NCBI GenBank assembly: GCA_045650185.1
Contig: JAZRQY010000012.1
Span: 1,026 to 65,025, forward strand
DNA length: 64,000 nucleotides
From: Candidatus Scatosoma sp.
GTDB lineage: Bacteria; Bacillota; Clostridia; Christensenellales; Borkfalkiaceae
Reading direction: 5' to 3'
Made by a program: the position numbers and the translations under genes. The notes beneath the pieces were generated by a model. The model saw only the letters and a list, made by a program, of their open reading frames with translations. It ran no database searches and was not told the origin of the DNA. Positions within the stretch are counted from its first letter, which is position 1, and each line of letters opens with the position of its first letter. Below, piece after piece: positions 36,866 to 45,630 of the stretch.

Positions 36866-38764
36866 ATGCTGATAAACGCAACCGACTTACAATTTGGATA
36901 TACGGAAGAAACCTTGCTGGAAAAGGTCTGTTTTACCCTAAACGAGGGGGACAGAGTCGGGCTTATCGGCGCAAACGGCGAGGGGAAAACCACCCTCATT
37001 CGCCTGATTTTAGGGGAGCTGTATCCCGACAAGGGGGAACTGTTTAAAAAGAACGGCATCCGCATCGGCTATCTGGCGCAGAACGGCGGCTACGATAGCA
37101 ACAACACCGTCTGGGAAGAAATGCAGGAGATTTTTGCCGAAGACAAGCGTCTGCTCAGCGCCCTCAGAGAAGTGGAAATGAACATCTCGATGGCAAGCGA
37201 GAACAGCGACGAATATCGTCGCCTTGCCGCGCGCTACGAGAGTCTGAATAAACAAATCTCCGCGCGTGATAGCTATCAATACGAGGTAAGAATCCGCACC
37301 GTCTTAGGGGGTATGGGCTTTGCTGACCGTACCGAGCAGGTGATTCGCACGATGTCAGGCGGCGAAAAGACGCGTTTACAGCTGTGTCGCCTACTCCTCG
37401 AAGAGCCCGACCTTCTCATCTTGGACGAGCCCACCAACCACCTTGATGTCAAGACGCTGTTTTGGCTGGAAGAATATCTTGCGTCGTACAAGGGCGCAAT
37501 CTTCACCGTTTCGCACGACCGATACTTTCTCGATAAGACCGTCCAGCAGATTTACGAATTAGAGCGTAAAGGGCTGTCCGTCTACAAGGGGAATTATACA
37601 AAGTATAAAACCTTGAAGGCGGAACGGGTCGCTCATCAGTTGAAGGAATACGAAAAACAGCAGGTAGAACGGGCGCATTTGCAAGAATACGTCGATAAAA
37701 ATCTCGTGCGCGCCAGCACGACCAAGTCGGCGCAATCCCGTCGGCATAAGCTGGAAACGATGGAAATCATCGAAAAGCCTGCCCTGCCGCCCACGCCGCC
37801 ACGCTTTACCTTTGCTTTTACGGAAAGACCGTACGAGCAGGTACTCTCCATTCACAGTCTGCGCCTGTCCGCAGGGGAAAAGCGGTTGCTTGAAAACGCT
37901 GAAATGCAAATTACCAGAGGGGAAAAATGCGCCTTGGTCGGCGACAACGGCACAGGCAAAAGTTCCCTCTTGAAAGAAATTGCCTATGGCAAAAACCCTG
38001 CGATTCAGCTTGGGCGATTCGTACGGCTCGCCGTCTACGATCAGGAAAACGCCAATTTGAGCCCCGACAACACCGTCTTGCAGGAGCTGTGGGAACGGCA
38101 CGTTGGTTGGGAACAGACAAGGGTGCGCAATATTTTGGCGCAGGCAAAATTAGAGGCAGAGGACGTCGATAAAAAGGTACGGATGCTCTCGGGTGGCGAA
38201 CGGGCAAAGCTTGCGCTTGCCGTCTTCTCGACGGAAAACGGCAACGTGCTCCTTTTGGACGAACCCACCAACCACCTCGACCTGCCTGCAAGAGAAAGCT
38301 TAGAAAATGCCTTAAAAGAGTTTGAGGGCACGCTGTTGTTCGTATCGCACGACCGATATTTCATCGAGGCGTTGGCAGGCAAAATCTTCGAATTAGAGGA
38401 CGGAAAAATCCACACTTATCCTTGCGGCTACGAGGAATACAGCGCGCAAAAACGGGAACAGCGCGCGGCGCAAAACGCAACGCAAAAAAGCGTTAAACAC
38501 GTACCTGCCCCCACAAAATCGGCAGAAACACCCGTCTACAAGAGCAAAGAGGAACGGAAAAACGAGGCGAAACGGCGTATCCGCAGTAAGGAGCTGGAAA
38601 TGGAAATCGAGGCTCTTGAAGAGGAGAGCGAGGCTTTGGGCGAGTCACTTTCCACCCCCGAGGTTGCGACAAACTTTTCCCTGTTGACGGAAAAATGCAA
38701 CCGCTTGGAATGGGTGAAAAACCGCCTCGACGAGTTGTACGCAGAATACGAAACTTTACTATAA
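36866..38764 (+). CDS. ABC-F family ATPase (two ABC domains, no TM domain, C-terminal coiled coil)
   Basis: Start at MLINATDL, preceded by AAAAGGAG. Two Walker A loops (GANGEGKTT, GDNGTGKSS) and two LSGGE signatures. Confidence 0.88.
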   Translation: MLINATDLQFGYTEETLLEKVCFTLNEGDRVGLIGANGEGKTTLIRLILGELYPDKGELFKKNGIRIGYLAQNGGYDSNNTVWEEMQEIFAEDKRLLSALREVEMNISMASENSDEYRRLAARYESLNKQISARDSYQYEVRIRTVLGGMGFADRTEQVIRTMSGGEKTRLQLCRLLLEEPDLLILDEPTNHLDVKTLFWLEEYLASYKGAIFTVSHDRYFLDKTVQQIYELERKGLSVYKGNYTKYKTLKAERVAHQLKEYEKQQVERAHLQEYVDKNLVRASTTKSAQSRRHKLETMEIIEKPALPPTPPRFTFAFTERPYEQVLSIHSLRLSAGEKRLLENAEMQITRGEKCALVGDNGTGKSSLLKEIAYGKNPAIQLGRFVRLAVYDQENANLSPDNTVLQELWERHVGWEQTRVRNILAQAKLEAEDVDKKVRMLSGGERAKLALAVFSTENGNVLLLDEPTNHLDLPARESLENALKEFEGTLLFVSHDRYFIEALAGKIFELEDGKIHTYPCGYEEYSAQKREQRAAQNATQKSVKHVPAPTKSAETPVYKSKEERKNEAKRRIRSKELEMEIEALEEESEALGESLSTPEVATNFSLLTEKCNRLEWVKNRLDELYAEYETLL

Positions 38765-38829
38765 TCAGTTTACTTTTTGTAAAAAGTATGCTAAACTATC
38801 CATAGCGGTATCATTTTAGGAGTCTATCT

Positions 38830-39858
38830 ATGAAACTGAAAAAAAGTGTTGCTATTCCTTTAAAAATTTTGGCTTGGGTTGCCAGCGTGTTGGCTGGGTT
38901 GCTCATCTTAGTGTTCGTCGGTGAAAAGCTGTTCTTCGCTTCCTTCTTCTTCGGCGGCGCAAAGATTGCGATGCGCACCCCTGGTACTTGGACGAATTAC
39001 GTACAGCAGGGTTTTGACCGCTTGGAGGACGGCACCTTCGTCGTTTCCGCTTACGATAAGGGGGACGAGAATGCGGCTCTCTTTCTTATCAAGGACGGCA
39101 AGGAAACCCTCTGCCAGCTGAAAAACGGCGACGGAACGCCCTACCTTAGCCACGCAGGCGGCGTGACTCACTACAAGAACTGGGTGTACGTTGCCACCGA
39201 CAACCACGCCGACAAGGAAGGCGACGTCTACTGTATGCACGAGAGTTGCGACACTAACCTCGATATGTTCCTTTTGTCCGACGTTCTTGACGGGGACGGC
39301 AAAGCAACGAAGGTGGACAGCGTTATCGTTCCCAACCGCTTGGCATACGCGTCCGTGTACGGCGACCTCTTATATACCGGCGCTTTCCATCGCGCAGGCA
39401 GTAAGTATATCACTCCCGAAAGCCACCATCTCACCACCCCTGCAGGGGACGAGAATACGGCGCTGATGATGGTGTATAAGCTGGATGAAACCACGGGCAA
39501 GCCCGTCAGCGCAACGCCTGAATTCTGCTATTCTACAATCTCCAACGTGCAGGGCATGTGCATTACGGGGGATAACGACATCGTCCTTTCCACCTCTTGG
39601 GGCTTGGGTATCTCCCACCTCTATCAGTACGAGCTGGACAACGCAAAGAAAGGCACGATCTCCTTGGGCGGTGAAAGCGTAGAAGTCTACTATTTGGACG
39701 GCGCTTGCCTTGAAACGACTCTCTCCTGCCCGCCGATGGCAGAGGAGCTGGTTTGGCTCGAAGGCAGAGTGTATATCCTCAGCGAATCCGCTTCCATGAA
39801 GTACCTGTATGGCAAACTGATGAGCGGCAACCATATTTACAGCTATCCCATGGCGTAA
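38830..39858 (+). CDS. membrane-anchored hypothetical protein (beta-rich ectodomain)
   Basis: 342-aa ORF with an N-terminal TM helix and an RBS (TAGGAG). No family recognised. Confidence 0.6.
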   Translation: MKLKKSVAIPLKILAWVASVLAGLLILVFVGEKLFFASFFFGGAKIAMRTPGTWTNYVQQGFDRLEDGTFVVSAYDKGDENAALFLIKDGKETLCQLKNGDGTPYLSHAGGVTHYKNWVYVATDNHADKEGDVYCMHESCDTNLDMFLLSDVLDGDGKATKVDSVIVPNRLAYASVYGDLLYTGAFHRAGSKYITPESHHLTTPAGDENTALMMVYKLDETTGKPVSATPEFCYSTISNVQGMCITGDNDIVLSTSWGLGISHLYQYELDNAKKGTISLGGESVEVYYLDGACLETTLSCPPMAEELVWLEGRVYILSESASMKYLYGKLMSGNHIYSYPMA

Positions 39859-39872
39859 GGGTGCAAGCCCTA

Positions 39873-39963
39873 ACGAAGTTTGTCTTTTAGACAAGTGAAG
39901 TTCTTTTCAAGAGTGAATTTTGCCTTGCCTGCAAGGCAAGTGAAGTTTCGCGAAACCGCGAAA
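39873..39963. repeat. hairpin-array repeat, left half only (GTGAAGTT-type)
   Basis: (AC)GAAGTT at 39873, GTGAAGTT at 39895, GTGAATTT at 39913 and GTGAAGTT at 39940, each followed by a small hairpin. No inverted half follows. Confidence 0.65.
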
Positions 39964-40152
39964 TATAGAACAATTTAAATAAAAGACGCTTTGATAAAAT
40001 AATGAAAAAAAGACTTTACCTTACTTGGTAAAGTCTTTTTGTTTTTGTTTGATTTTTCACTTTGTTTTCATTCATTCAAAAATGACAACGCAAAGATTAG
40101 CACGGAGATTCTTCGACCGTGCTACGCTCCGCTCAGAATGACAGCAAGAGGA

Positions 40153-40758
40153 TTAGAAACCCAAAAGTTGCCTTTTCTTCGTTTCAAATTCTTCTTGTGT
40201 GATGATACCGCTATCCAACAGTTCTTTGTATTTTTTCAGTTCGTCTGCAGGGCTCGCGGCGGTGTGCATAGGAGTGGGTGCGGCTTGCCCTTTTTCTTTT
40301 TCTTTCTGTCTTTCGATTAATAAATTACAAAGCACGTTTCTAATTTCTTTTGAGTTTTCAATATATAGAAATTTTATCAAACCCGAGTCTGTGGCAACGG
40401 AAATTCCGTTAAACCAACTCGTCCCCACGGAAGAAATACTATCCATCGGCAAGTCCACACTACGTCCAAAATAGGTTTTTCCCGTAACGTACTTATCCGT
40501 TACAGTAATTTCCATTTTACTGGTCATCCAATAGTCAATAAAGAAAGCTACAGATATTAATGTGAACACAAGTGAGATATACATTTCAGGAAATTCAAAA
40601 AAGCTGAAATGGCGGCCGTAGTGATGCCTTCTCTCAAGTGCGTCACATTGAGAAGCCGTAATTAAAAGAAAGATTATTGCCAAAAGCAAAGAACCGATTG
40701 CTAAACTTAAAATTATACCTTTTACCTTTTGTGTAATTTTGCTTGTTATTTTTTCCAT
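40153..40758 (-). CDS. membrane protein with bPH-like middle domain and C-terminal SHOCT domain
   Basis: Start at MEKITSK. Two or three TM segments. The C-terminus ELKKYKELLDSGIITQEEFETKKRQLLGF is a typical SHOCT motif. Confidence 0.65.
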   Translation of the reverse strand: MEKITSKITQKVKGIILSLAIGSLLLAIIFLLITASQCDALERRHHYGRHFSFFEFPEMYISLVFTLISVAFFIDYWMTSKMEITVTDKYVTGKTYFGRSVDLPMDSISSVGTSWFNGISVATDSGLIKFLYIENSKEIRNVLCNLLIERQKEKEKGQAAPTPMHTAASPADELKKYKELLDSGIITQEEFETKKRQLLGF

Positions 40759-40772
40759 TGTATTTTTCTCTA

Positions 40773-40976
40773 TTATAAATTTTTTATCCAATTTTCGTAG
40801 CATTTGCATTTGCCCTGTCTTTTTCGCTCTTCTCTAAATTTAGAGCTGCCTAAACATTCGCAACGCCCTGTTTCTTCAAACGTAACCACTTTTGTTTTAT
40901 CGCCATAAATAACTTCACGCTGACCATTCCAATATAAGCACGTACCGCACATCACACGGTCATACTTACTTTCCAT
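40773..40976 (-). CDS. small Cys-rich (zinc-ribbon-like) protein
   Basis: Start at MESKYDRV. CGTC...CEC...CKC cysteine pairs. Stops 14 nt upstream of the SHOCT gene start. Confidence 0.5.
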   Translation of the reverse strand: MESKYDRVMCGTCLYWNGQREVIYGDKTKVVTFEETGRCECLGSSKFREERKRQGKCKCYENWIKNL

Positions 40977-41072
40977 TCGTAAATACCTCCAAAAATTATT
41001 TTGCAATCATATTATATCCTACATTTTGTAGGAAGTCAATTATTTTCCTACTATTTGTAGTAAAATATTTTT

Positions 41073-41282
41073 ATGAAAAACAATATTTTCGGAAAAAGAT
41101 TAAAAGAATTGCGAATGGAAAAGGGATTTTCTCAGCAAAAATTAGGGGAAATTTTTGGGTTTTGCAATCAAACGATTAGCTTTTGGGAAAGCGGTAGTCG
41201 TGAACCTGATTTAGACACCCTATTAGAAATCGCACATTATTTTGAGGTAGCGTTGGAAGATTTATTAGAAGAAAATAAATAA
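41073..41282 (+). CDS. XRE-family helix-turn-helix transcriptional regulator
   Basis: 69 aa. GKRLKELRMEKGFSQQKLGEIFGFCNQTISFWESGSREP is a canonical HTH_3 pattern. Divergent from the 40976 gene. Confidence 0.85.
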   Translation: MKNNIFGKRLKELRMEKGFSQQKLGEIFGFCNQTISFWESGSREPDLDTLLEIAHYFEVALEDLLEENK

Positions 41283-41407
41283 ACACGGTTGCTTTGTTGC
41301 AATCGTGTTTTTTTCTGTAAGCCCTGATTTAAGAAGTTGCAGAGTCAAATAAATAAAGCGGAAAGGATCTTTTTTCATCCTCTCCGCTTTGTTTTGTAGG
41401 CAAATTC

Positions 41408-42241
41408 TTATTTGTCTGTCGTTTTATTCTCTTGGGGCGCTTGCGTAATCATATGAACGTTCATATGAGGATAGCTGAATTCTATCCCGCTTTTTTCAAA
41501 GGTCGGTTTTATCGCATTCATTACGTCAAAATACACCGTCCAATAATTTGCATTCTCGCACCAAGCGCGGGCCGTATAAAGAATATCGTTATCCCTAAAT
41601 TCTTGAACGTGAACAACAGGCGTTTTTCCTTCTTCTTGCAGAACCAAAGGATGTTCGTCAATCAGTTGCTTTAATACGGATCTCACCTTTTCCACGTCAT
41701 CGTTATAAGAGGTAGCAATCAAAAATTCTACTCTGCGCGTAGGCGAGTTGGAATAATTGATGATGCTGTCGTTTGCAATTTTGCTGTTGGGAATTTGAAT
41801 CAGCTTTTTATCAGGCGTGTCCAACTTTGTGTAGAACAAACCCACTTCTCTCACCGTACCCGCCTCACCGCCAACTTCAACGTAATCCCCTACTTTGAAG
41901 GGATGGTTGGTGATAATCTGGATCCCACCGAATACGTTGCTCAAAAAGCCCTGAATCGCCAAGGAAAGCGCAACGCCGACAACGGACAGCGCAGAAACCA
42001 AAGAAGTAACCGATACCCCAAGACTGCCAAGCACGATGGTAACCGATATAAACAAAAGAACTGCTTTGATAAAGCCTCGCAATATCTTTTTTACCATTTC
42101 GTCCATTTTTGACTTGTTGGTTAATTTATCAAACAAAGACAAAATAATCTTAATGACAATCAAGCAAACCGCAGCAATCGCAACCGCTACAATCGCCTTT
42201 TCCCAAGGAAGTTGTTTCAAAAAATCCCAAACTGCATCCAT
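41408..42241 (-). CDS. MscS-family mechanosensitive ion channel
   Basis: 3 TM segments plus a beta-domain (PFKVGDYVEVGGEAGTVREVGLFYTKL). Confidence 0.85.
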   Translation of the reverse strand: MDAVWDFLKQLPWEKAIVAVAIAAVCLIVIKIILSLFDKLTNKSKMDEMVKKILRGFIKAVLLFISVTIVLGSLGVSVTSLVSALSVVGVALSLAIQGFLSNVFGGIQIITNHPFKVGDYVEVGGEAGTVREVGLFYTKLDTPDKKLIQIPNSKIANDSIINYSNSPTRRVEFLIATSYNDDVEKVRSVLKQLIDEHPLVLQEEGKTPVVHVQEFRDNDILYTARAWCENANYWTVYFDVMNAIKPTFEKSGIEFSYPHMNVHMITQAPQENKTTDK

Positions 42242-42273
42242 AAAAAATTCTCCTTCAAAGTTTGCAAAACCGC

Positions 42274-42921
42274 CTACTTCCGTAATGCGCTTAAAACTTG
42301 TTCGCTAATTTGCGACATCCCTTTCGCCGTCGGGTGTCCGCATTCTTTGTCGATATCCTTCAAACGGATATATTGTAAACCATAATACTCGGCGACTGTT
42401 TGAAGGGCGTCCTGTATTTCGCTTTTAATATCCGTGTTAATGATAACTATAATTTCCGCATTCGGCAATTCCGATTTTAATACGCCTACAAAATAGGAAA
42501 CCGCAGGCAGTACTTGGAATAAATCTTGCTCCTCCCAGTTGGAGAATTTTATTTTTCCAAGAGGTGCATCCGACCAACTATCGTTCGTGCCGCCAAATAC
42601 GAAGACCGTATCCACAGTATTCTTCTCGAAAAAGCCTTCTTCTTTCAGTTTTCTAAAGCGATAAATAAACGAACTCGTTTTCGAGCAATCGCCATCATAA
42701 CCCGTGTGTCCAATCGTAGAACCCGACCAACTGTCATTTAACAGCAAATGATCACCCGTCGCGCCGAATGTTTTTTTCCACCAAGTTTCTTCCAATTGCA
42801 TTTTTCTAACCGCTGGGCCTTTAGTAGTTCCTTGCGGACTATAATAAGTATGATGCCCTTCGGGAATACATCCTTCATACGTTGAATAACTATCTCCAAA
42901 TATAACGATATTTTTCATCAT
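42274..42921 (-). CDS. SGNH/GDSL-family hydrolase
   Basis: Start at MMKNIVIFGDSYS (GDS block), with later GGTND and DxxH-like (ECGHPTAKG) blocks. Confidence 0.75.
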   Translation of the reverse strand: MMKNIVIFGDSYSTYEGCIPEGHHTYYSPQGTTKGPAVRKMQLEETWWKKTFGATGDHLLLNDSWSGSTIGHTGYDGDCSKTSSFIYRFRKLKEEGFFEKNTVDTVFVFGGTNDSWSDAPLGKIKFSNWEEQDLFQVLPAVSYFVGVLKSELPNAEIIVIINTDIKSEIQDALQTVAEYYGLQYIRLKDIDKECGHPTAKGMSQISEQVLSALRK

Positions 42922-42988
42922 TGCCTCACAATTCTTTCGTGTATTTTTTGTCAAATATTTATATTATTTTCCTGCTGTAAAATAGAAA

Positions 42989-43020
42989 CACGTCTTTCTT
43001 GACGGCTCAAGAAAGACGTG
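42989..43020 (-). terminator. native terminator of the tRNA gene, now next to the displaced tRNA 3' fragment
   Basis: Perfect 14-bp stem cacgtctttcttga-cggc-tcaagaaagacgtg, followed on the minus strand by a T-rich tract, 3 nt from the tRNA fragment. Confidence 0.7.
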
Positions 43021-43023
43021 CTG

Positions 43024-43068
43024 TGGTTGAGGCGACGGGACTTGAACCCACGACCTTTTGGTCCCTAA
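43024..43068 (-). repeat. 45-bp direct repeat: displaced 3' half of the tRNA (att site, distal end of island)
   Basis: tggttgaggcgacgggacttgaacccacgaccttttggtccctaa is identical to 53468-53512. Confidence 0.9.
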
Positions 43069-43165
43069 ATATCTTTCGATATGCCACACCCATGCTGAAA
43101 GCCTTTAAAATAAAGGAACTTTACATAATCCGCGAATTAATTTTAGAGTATCAACAGCCGTTTTG

Positions 43166-43194
43166 TTGACCTATTTGACCTAACTGTTGACCTG
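43166..43194 (+). promoter_or_regulatory. three direct TTGACC(TA) repeats (putative integrase arm-type sites, distal end)
   Basis: TTGACCTA at 43166, TTGACCTA at 43175 and TTGACCTG at 43187. The same motif occurs twice at 53379-53398. Confidence 0.55.
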
Positions 43195-43543
43195 ATTATA
43201 TTATACCAAATCCGCGCAAAAATGTCAAGAAATAACCGCCGCCGCAACAGAAATTCTTCAGAAAACATACAGCTTTTGAACACCTTTCAAGCATCCCAAA
43301 AGCATCCTAAAAACAACTCAAATACCTCCCACACGAATCTTTATTGCACGTTTGTAACATCTTTCAATAAAGATTTTTTTATCTTTGAAAAAACTTTTTA
43401 AAAATTTTTTATTGAAAATAGTAAAGTACAATTTAAGTGACAGGTTTTACTAATAGACATGTTATACTATGAGTGTAAAAAGGTTGAGGCAAGAGCTCAC
43501 CGAAACCTTGTTACAAAAATAAAAAAATACGGAGAATTCAAAA

Positions 43544-43903
43544 ATGAATCAGAAATTTAAAGTAAACTTTGTCACCAGAACAATTGAAGTATCCACCTCT
43601 TTCGCAAAGAAAGCAAGCATCTATGGCTCAACGGAATATCAAATGCTTACCGATGCGCAAAAGGCGCACCCTGAATATACGCTCGATATTCAAAAGCCCA
43701 AGAAAAGCGTAATTAAAGGCATCGACCATGAGTTTATGCGCAAATATATTATGGCTCATGATGAAGATAATAAGTTGATGAATGCGTTTGATAAACTCGT
43801 TGCCGAGAAGCTTTCTTACCCTGAACTTAAAGCTTGGTTTGTTGATAAATACCCTGTGTTTAAAGAATGCAAAACAAGAGCAGATTGGATTTTAGCGGCG
43901 TAA
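43544..43903 (+). CDS. island hypothetical protein, paralog 1
   Basis: 119 aa with a good RBS (ACGGAGAA). Shares S(I/L)YGS.EY.ML..A....P.Y and a C-terminal (K/A)WF...(F/Y)P(E/V) pattern with the next ORF. Confidence 0.6.
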   Translation: MNQKFKVNFVTRTIEVSTSFAKKASIYGSTEYQMLTDAQKAHPEYTLDIQKPKKSVIKGIDHEFMRKYIMAHDEDNKLMNAFDKLVAEKLSYPELKAWFVDKYPVFKECKTRADWILAA

Positions 43904-43931
43904 TGAAAATTAAAAAAGGAGAAATAATAAT

Positions 43932-44330
43932 ATGAAAAATACGCTTAGAATTAATCACAAAAACAACCAACTAGTTATGGATAGAGAATTTTCTATCAAG
44001 TCCTCTTTGTACGGCTCGCAAGAGTATAATATGCTCCAAGCGGCAAGACAAGATTATCCCACCTATCAGGTAGTACGTAAAACCATCAAGAAAAACTCGC
44101 AAAAAGAAGCGTTTGACGGCTTAACCTACGAATATATGGAACGTTATATGGAAAGATATAACACACCTGCGGAAACGCGCCAAAAGTACCAAGAAATGCG
44201 TTTTATGGCAAACTGCCATTCCATTCGCTATCCCGTTATCAAAAAGTGGTTTTTGGAAACATTCCCCGAAGTAAAAGATTGGGGTAAAAAGAAAGAAGAA
44301 TTTGCGGCGGACGCCGCCCTGAGCGCATAA
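43932..44330 (+). CDS. island hypothetical protein, paralog 2
   Basis: 132 aa, RBS AAAGGAGA. Paralogous to 43544..43903. Confidence 0.6.
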   Translation: MKNTLRINHKNNQLVMDREFSIKSSLYGSQEYNMLQAARQDYPTYQVVRKTIKKNSQKEAFDGLTYEYMERYMERYNTPAETRQKYQEMRFMANCHSIRYPVIKKWFLETFPEVKDWGKKKEEFAADAALSA

Positions 44331-44342
44331 AGGAGGCTAATT

Positions 44343-44702
44343 ATGACTGTACCCAACCAAAAAATCATCAAAATTCATAAACCCAATATTCAAAAAGACC
44401 CTTTTGTTTCTTTAAACCTTGATATCATGGGAAAGGTTTATAAGGATTTGGCGTGTAATGCCTACACCTTTTATCTTTATCTATGCTTATGCGGTAACAA
44501 GGATGGATTTTCTCTTGAGTTTTCGCCACAACATATCAAAGATAGATTTGGTTTGCCTACCTCTACAGCGCAAGACCAATTCAAGAAATTGGTTGCTAAA
44601 GGTTATTTAGTACCAAAAAATGAAAACAGTAATATTTATGATTTTTATTACGAACCCGAACACTTGAAAGTGAATCCATCCGAAATCACATTTGATTTTT
44701 AA
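44343..44702 (+). CDS. winged-helix DNA-binding protein (phage/plasmid replication-organiser-like)
   Basis: 119 aa, RBS AAGGAGG. FSPQHIKDRFGLPTSTAQDQFKKLVAKGYLV looks like a wHTH. Confidence 0.5.
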   Translation: MTVPNQKIIKIHKPNIQKDPFVSLNLDIMGKVYKDLACNAYTFYLYLCLCGNKDGFSLEFSPQHIKDRFGLPTSTAQDQFKKLVAKGYLVPKNENSNIYDFYYEPEHLKVNPSEITFDF

Positions 44703-45003
44703 GCGGACGGCGTGCAAAAAAAGTTTGAATCGTACGCCATGCAAAAAATCCGTTTGACGTTTTAAGTTGTGGAAGCCGTTAAGCCCTAATTGTAAGACCT
44801 TATAGAAATATATAAATAAAAAAGGTGATAAATAAAGAATATATATATACGCAATAGAACCGCTTCCATTCCCCCTTAGGATGAAAAATTAAGCAATTTA
44901 GGAAAAGCCTCTCATGAAAAATTTAATATTATATAGAACGTAAAAACCACCGTTGACGCGGTGGTTTTTTCAAGAGAAAACAAGAATAAGGAGATTATAT
45001 AAT

Positions 45004-45330
45004 ATGAATAGAGGTTTTTTTCATAGCGACCCTGATGAATTAAGAATTTTAGGACGAATTTCTGACGAAATGTATTACATGATGAAAAGGCGTGAAGCCG
45101 CCGCAAACTTTGACGTGGAAGAACAAAAGAGATGGATGCGTTTAGAGCTTTTAGATAAACGTCAAAAGCAACAGAAAGAGGCTGAAGAAAGAGAAAAACA
45201 GAGGCAAGAGAAAGCAAAAGCAAAGAAAGAACAAGAAAAAATTATTAAGGAAGCGGTAGAGAAAGACTTGCCTAAACAGATTGAAAAGGAATTACAAAAA
45301 GAAATTCAAAAAATTTTTTCTAAACATTAA
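45004..45330 (+). CDS. hypothetical coiled-coil Lys/Glu-rich protein
   Basis: Start at MNRGFF after AAGGAG and just downstream of a terminator hairpin (44943-44972). The upstream part of the track ORF overlaps that hairpin. Confidence 0.5.
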   Translation: MNRGFFHSDPDELRILGRISDEMYYMMKRREAAANFDVEEQKRWMRLELLDKRQKQQKEAEEREKQRQEKAKAKKEQEKIIKEAVEKDLPKQIEKELQKEIQKIFSKH

Positions 45331-45570
45331 AAAGAAACGAGTCGGCAAACGCCGCGACAAGTCGCGCCGCCGCCTCGTTTCTTTTACGCTTCGCGACAAA
45401 AGCACTCCAGAAAAAAAAGGAATGCAATAGACACTATTGAAAACGGCTCCGTTTTTGAAACGAAAATAACATTTCAAAATTGAACAGCCCACACCTATTG
45501 GGAAATAAGCAAAATTTTTATTTTTTCCCGAAATAATCCCCCCCCCTACAAGGTAAGAGCCGCCACCCAC

Positions 45571-45599
45571 TTGCCAAAAGAAAAGCTTTGTGATATACT
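45571..45599 (+). promoter_or_regulatory. sigma-70-type promoter of the WYL regulator gene
   Basis: TTGCCA, 17 nt, TATACT. A C9 homopolymer lies 25 nt upstream. Confidence 0.5.
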
Positions 45600-45630
45600 A
45601 TACTTATTAACAAAAGGCGGCAGCTATGTT

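Noticed and set aside
39965-43023. Treating the 39.97-43.0-kb AT-rich block as part of the tRNA-integrated island.
   Set aside because: It lies outside the 45-bp direct repeats. The displaced tRNA 3' fragment still abuts what looks like the tRNA's native terminator (42989-43020). This block is therefore older flank or a separate acquisition with no att repeat that I could find.
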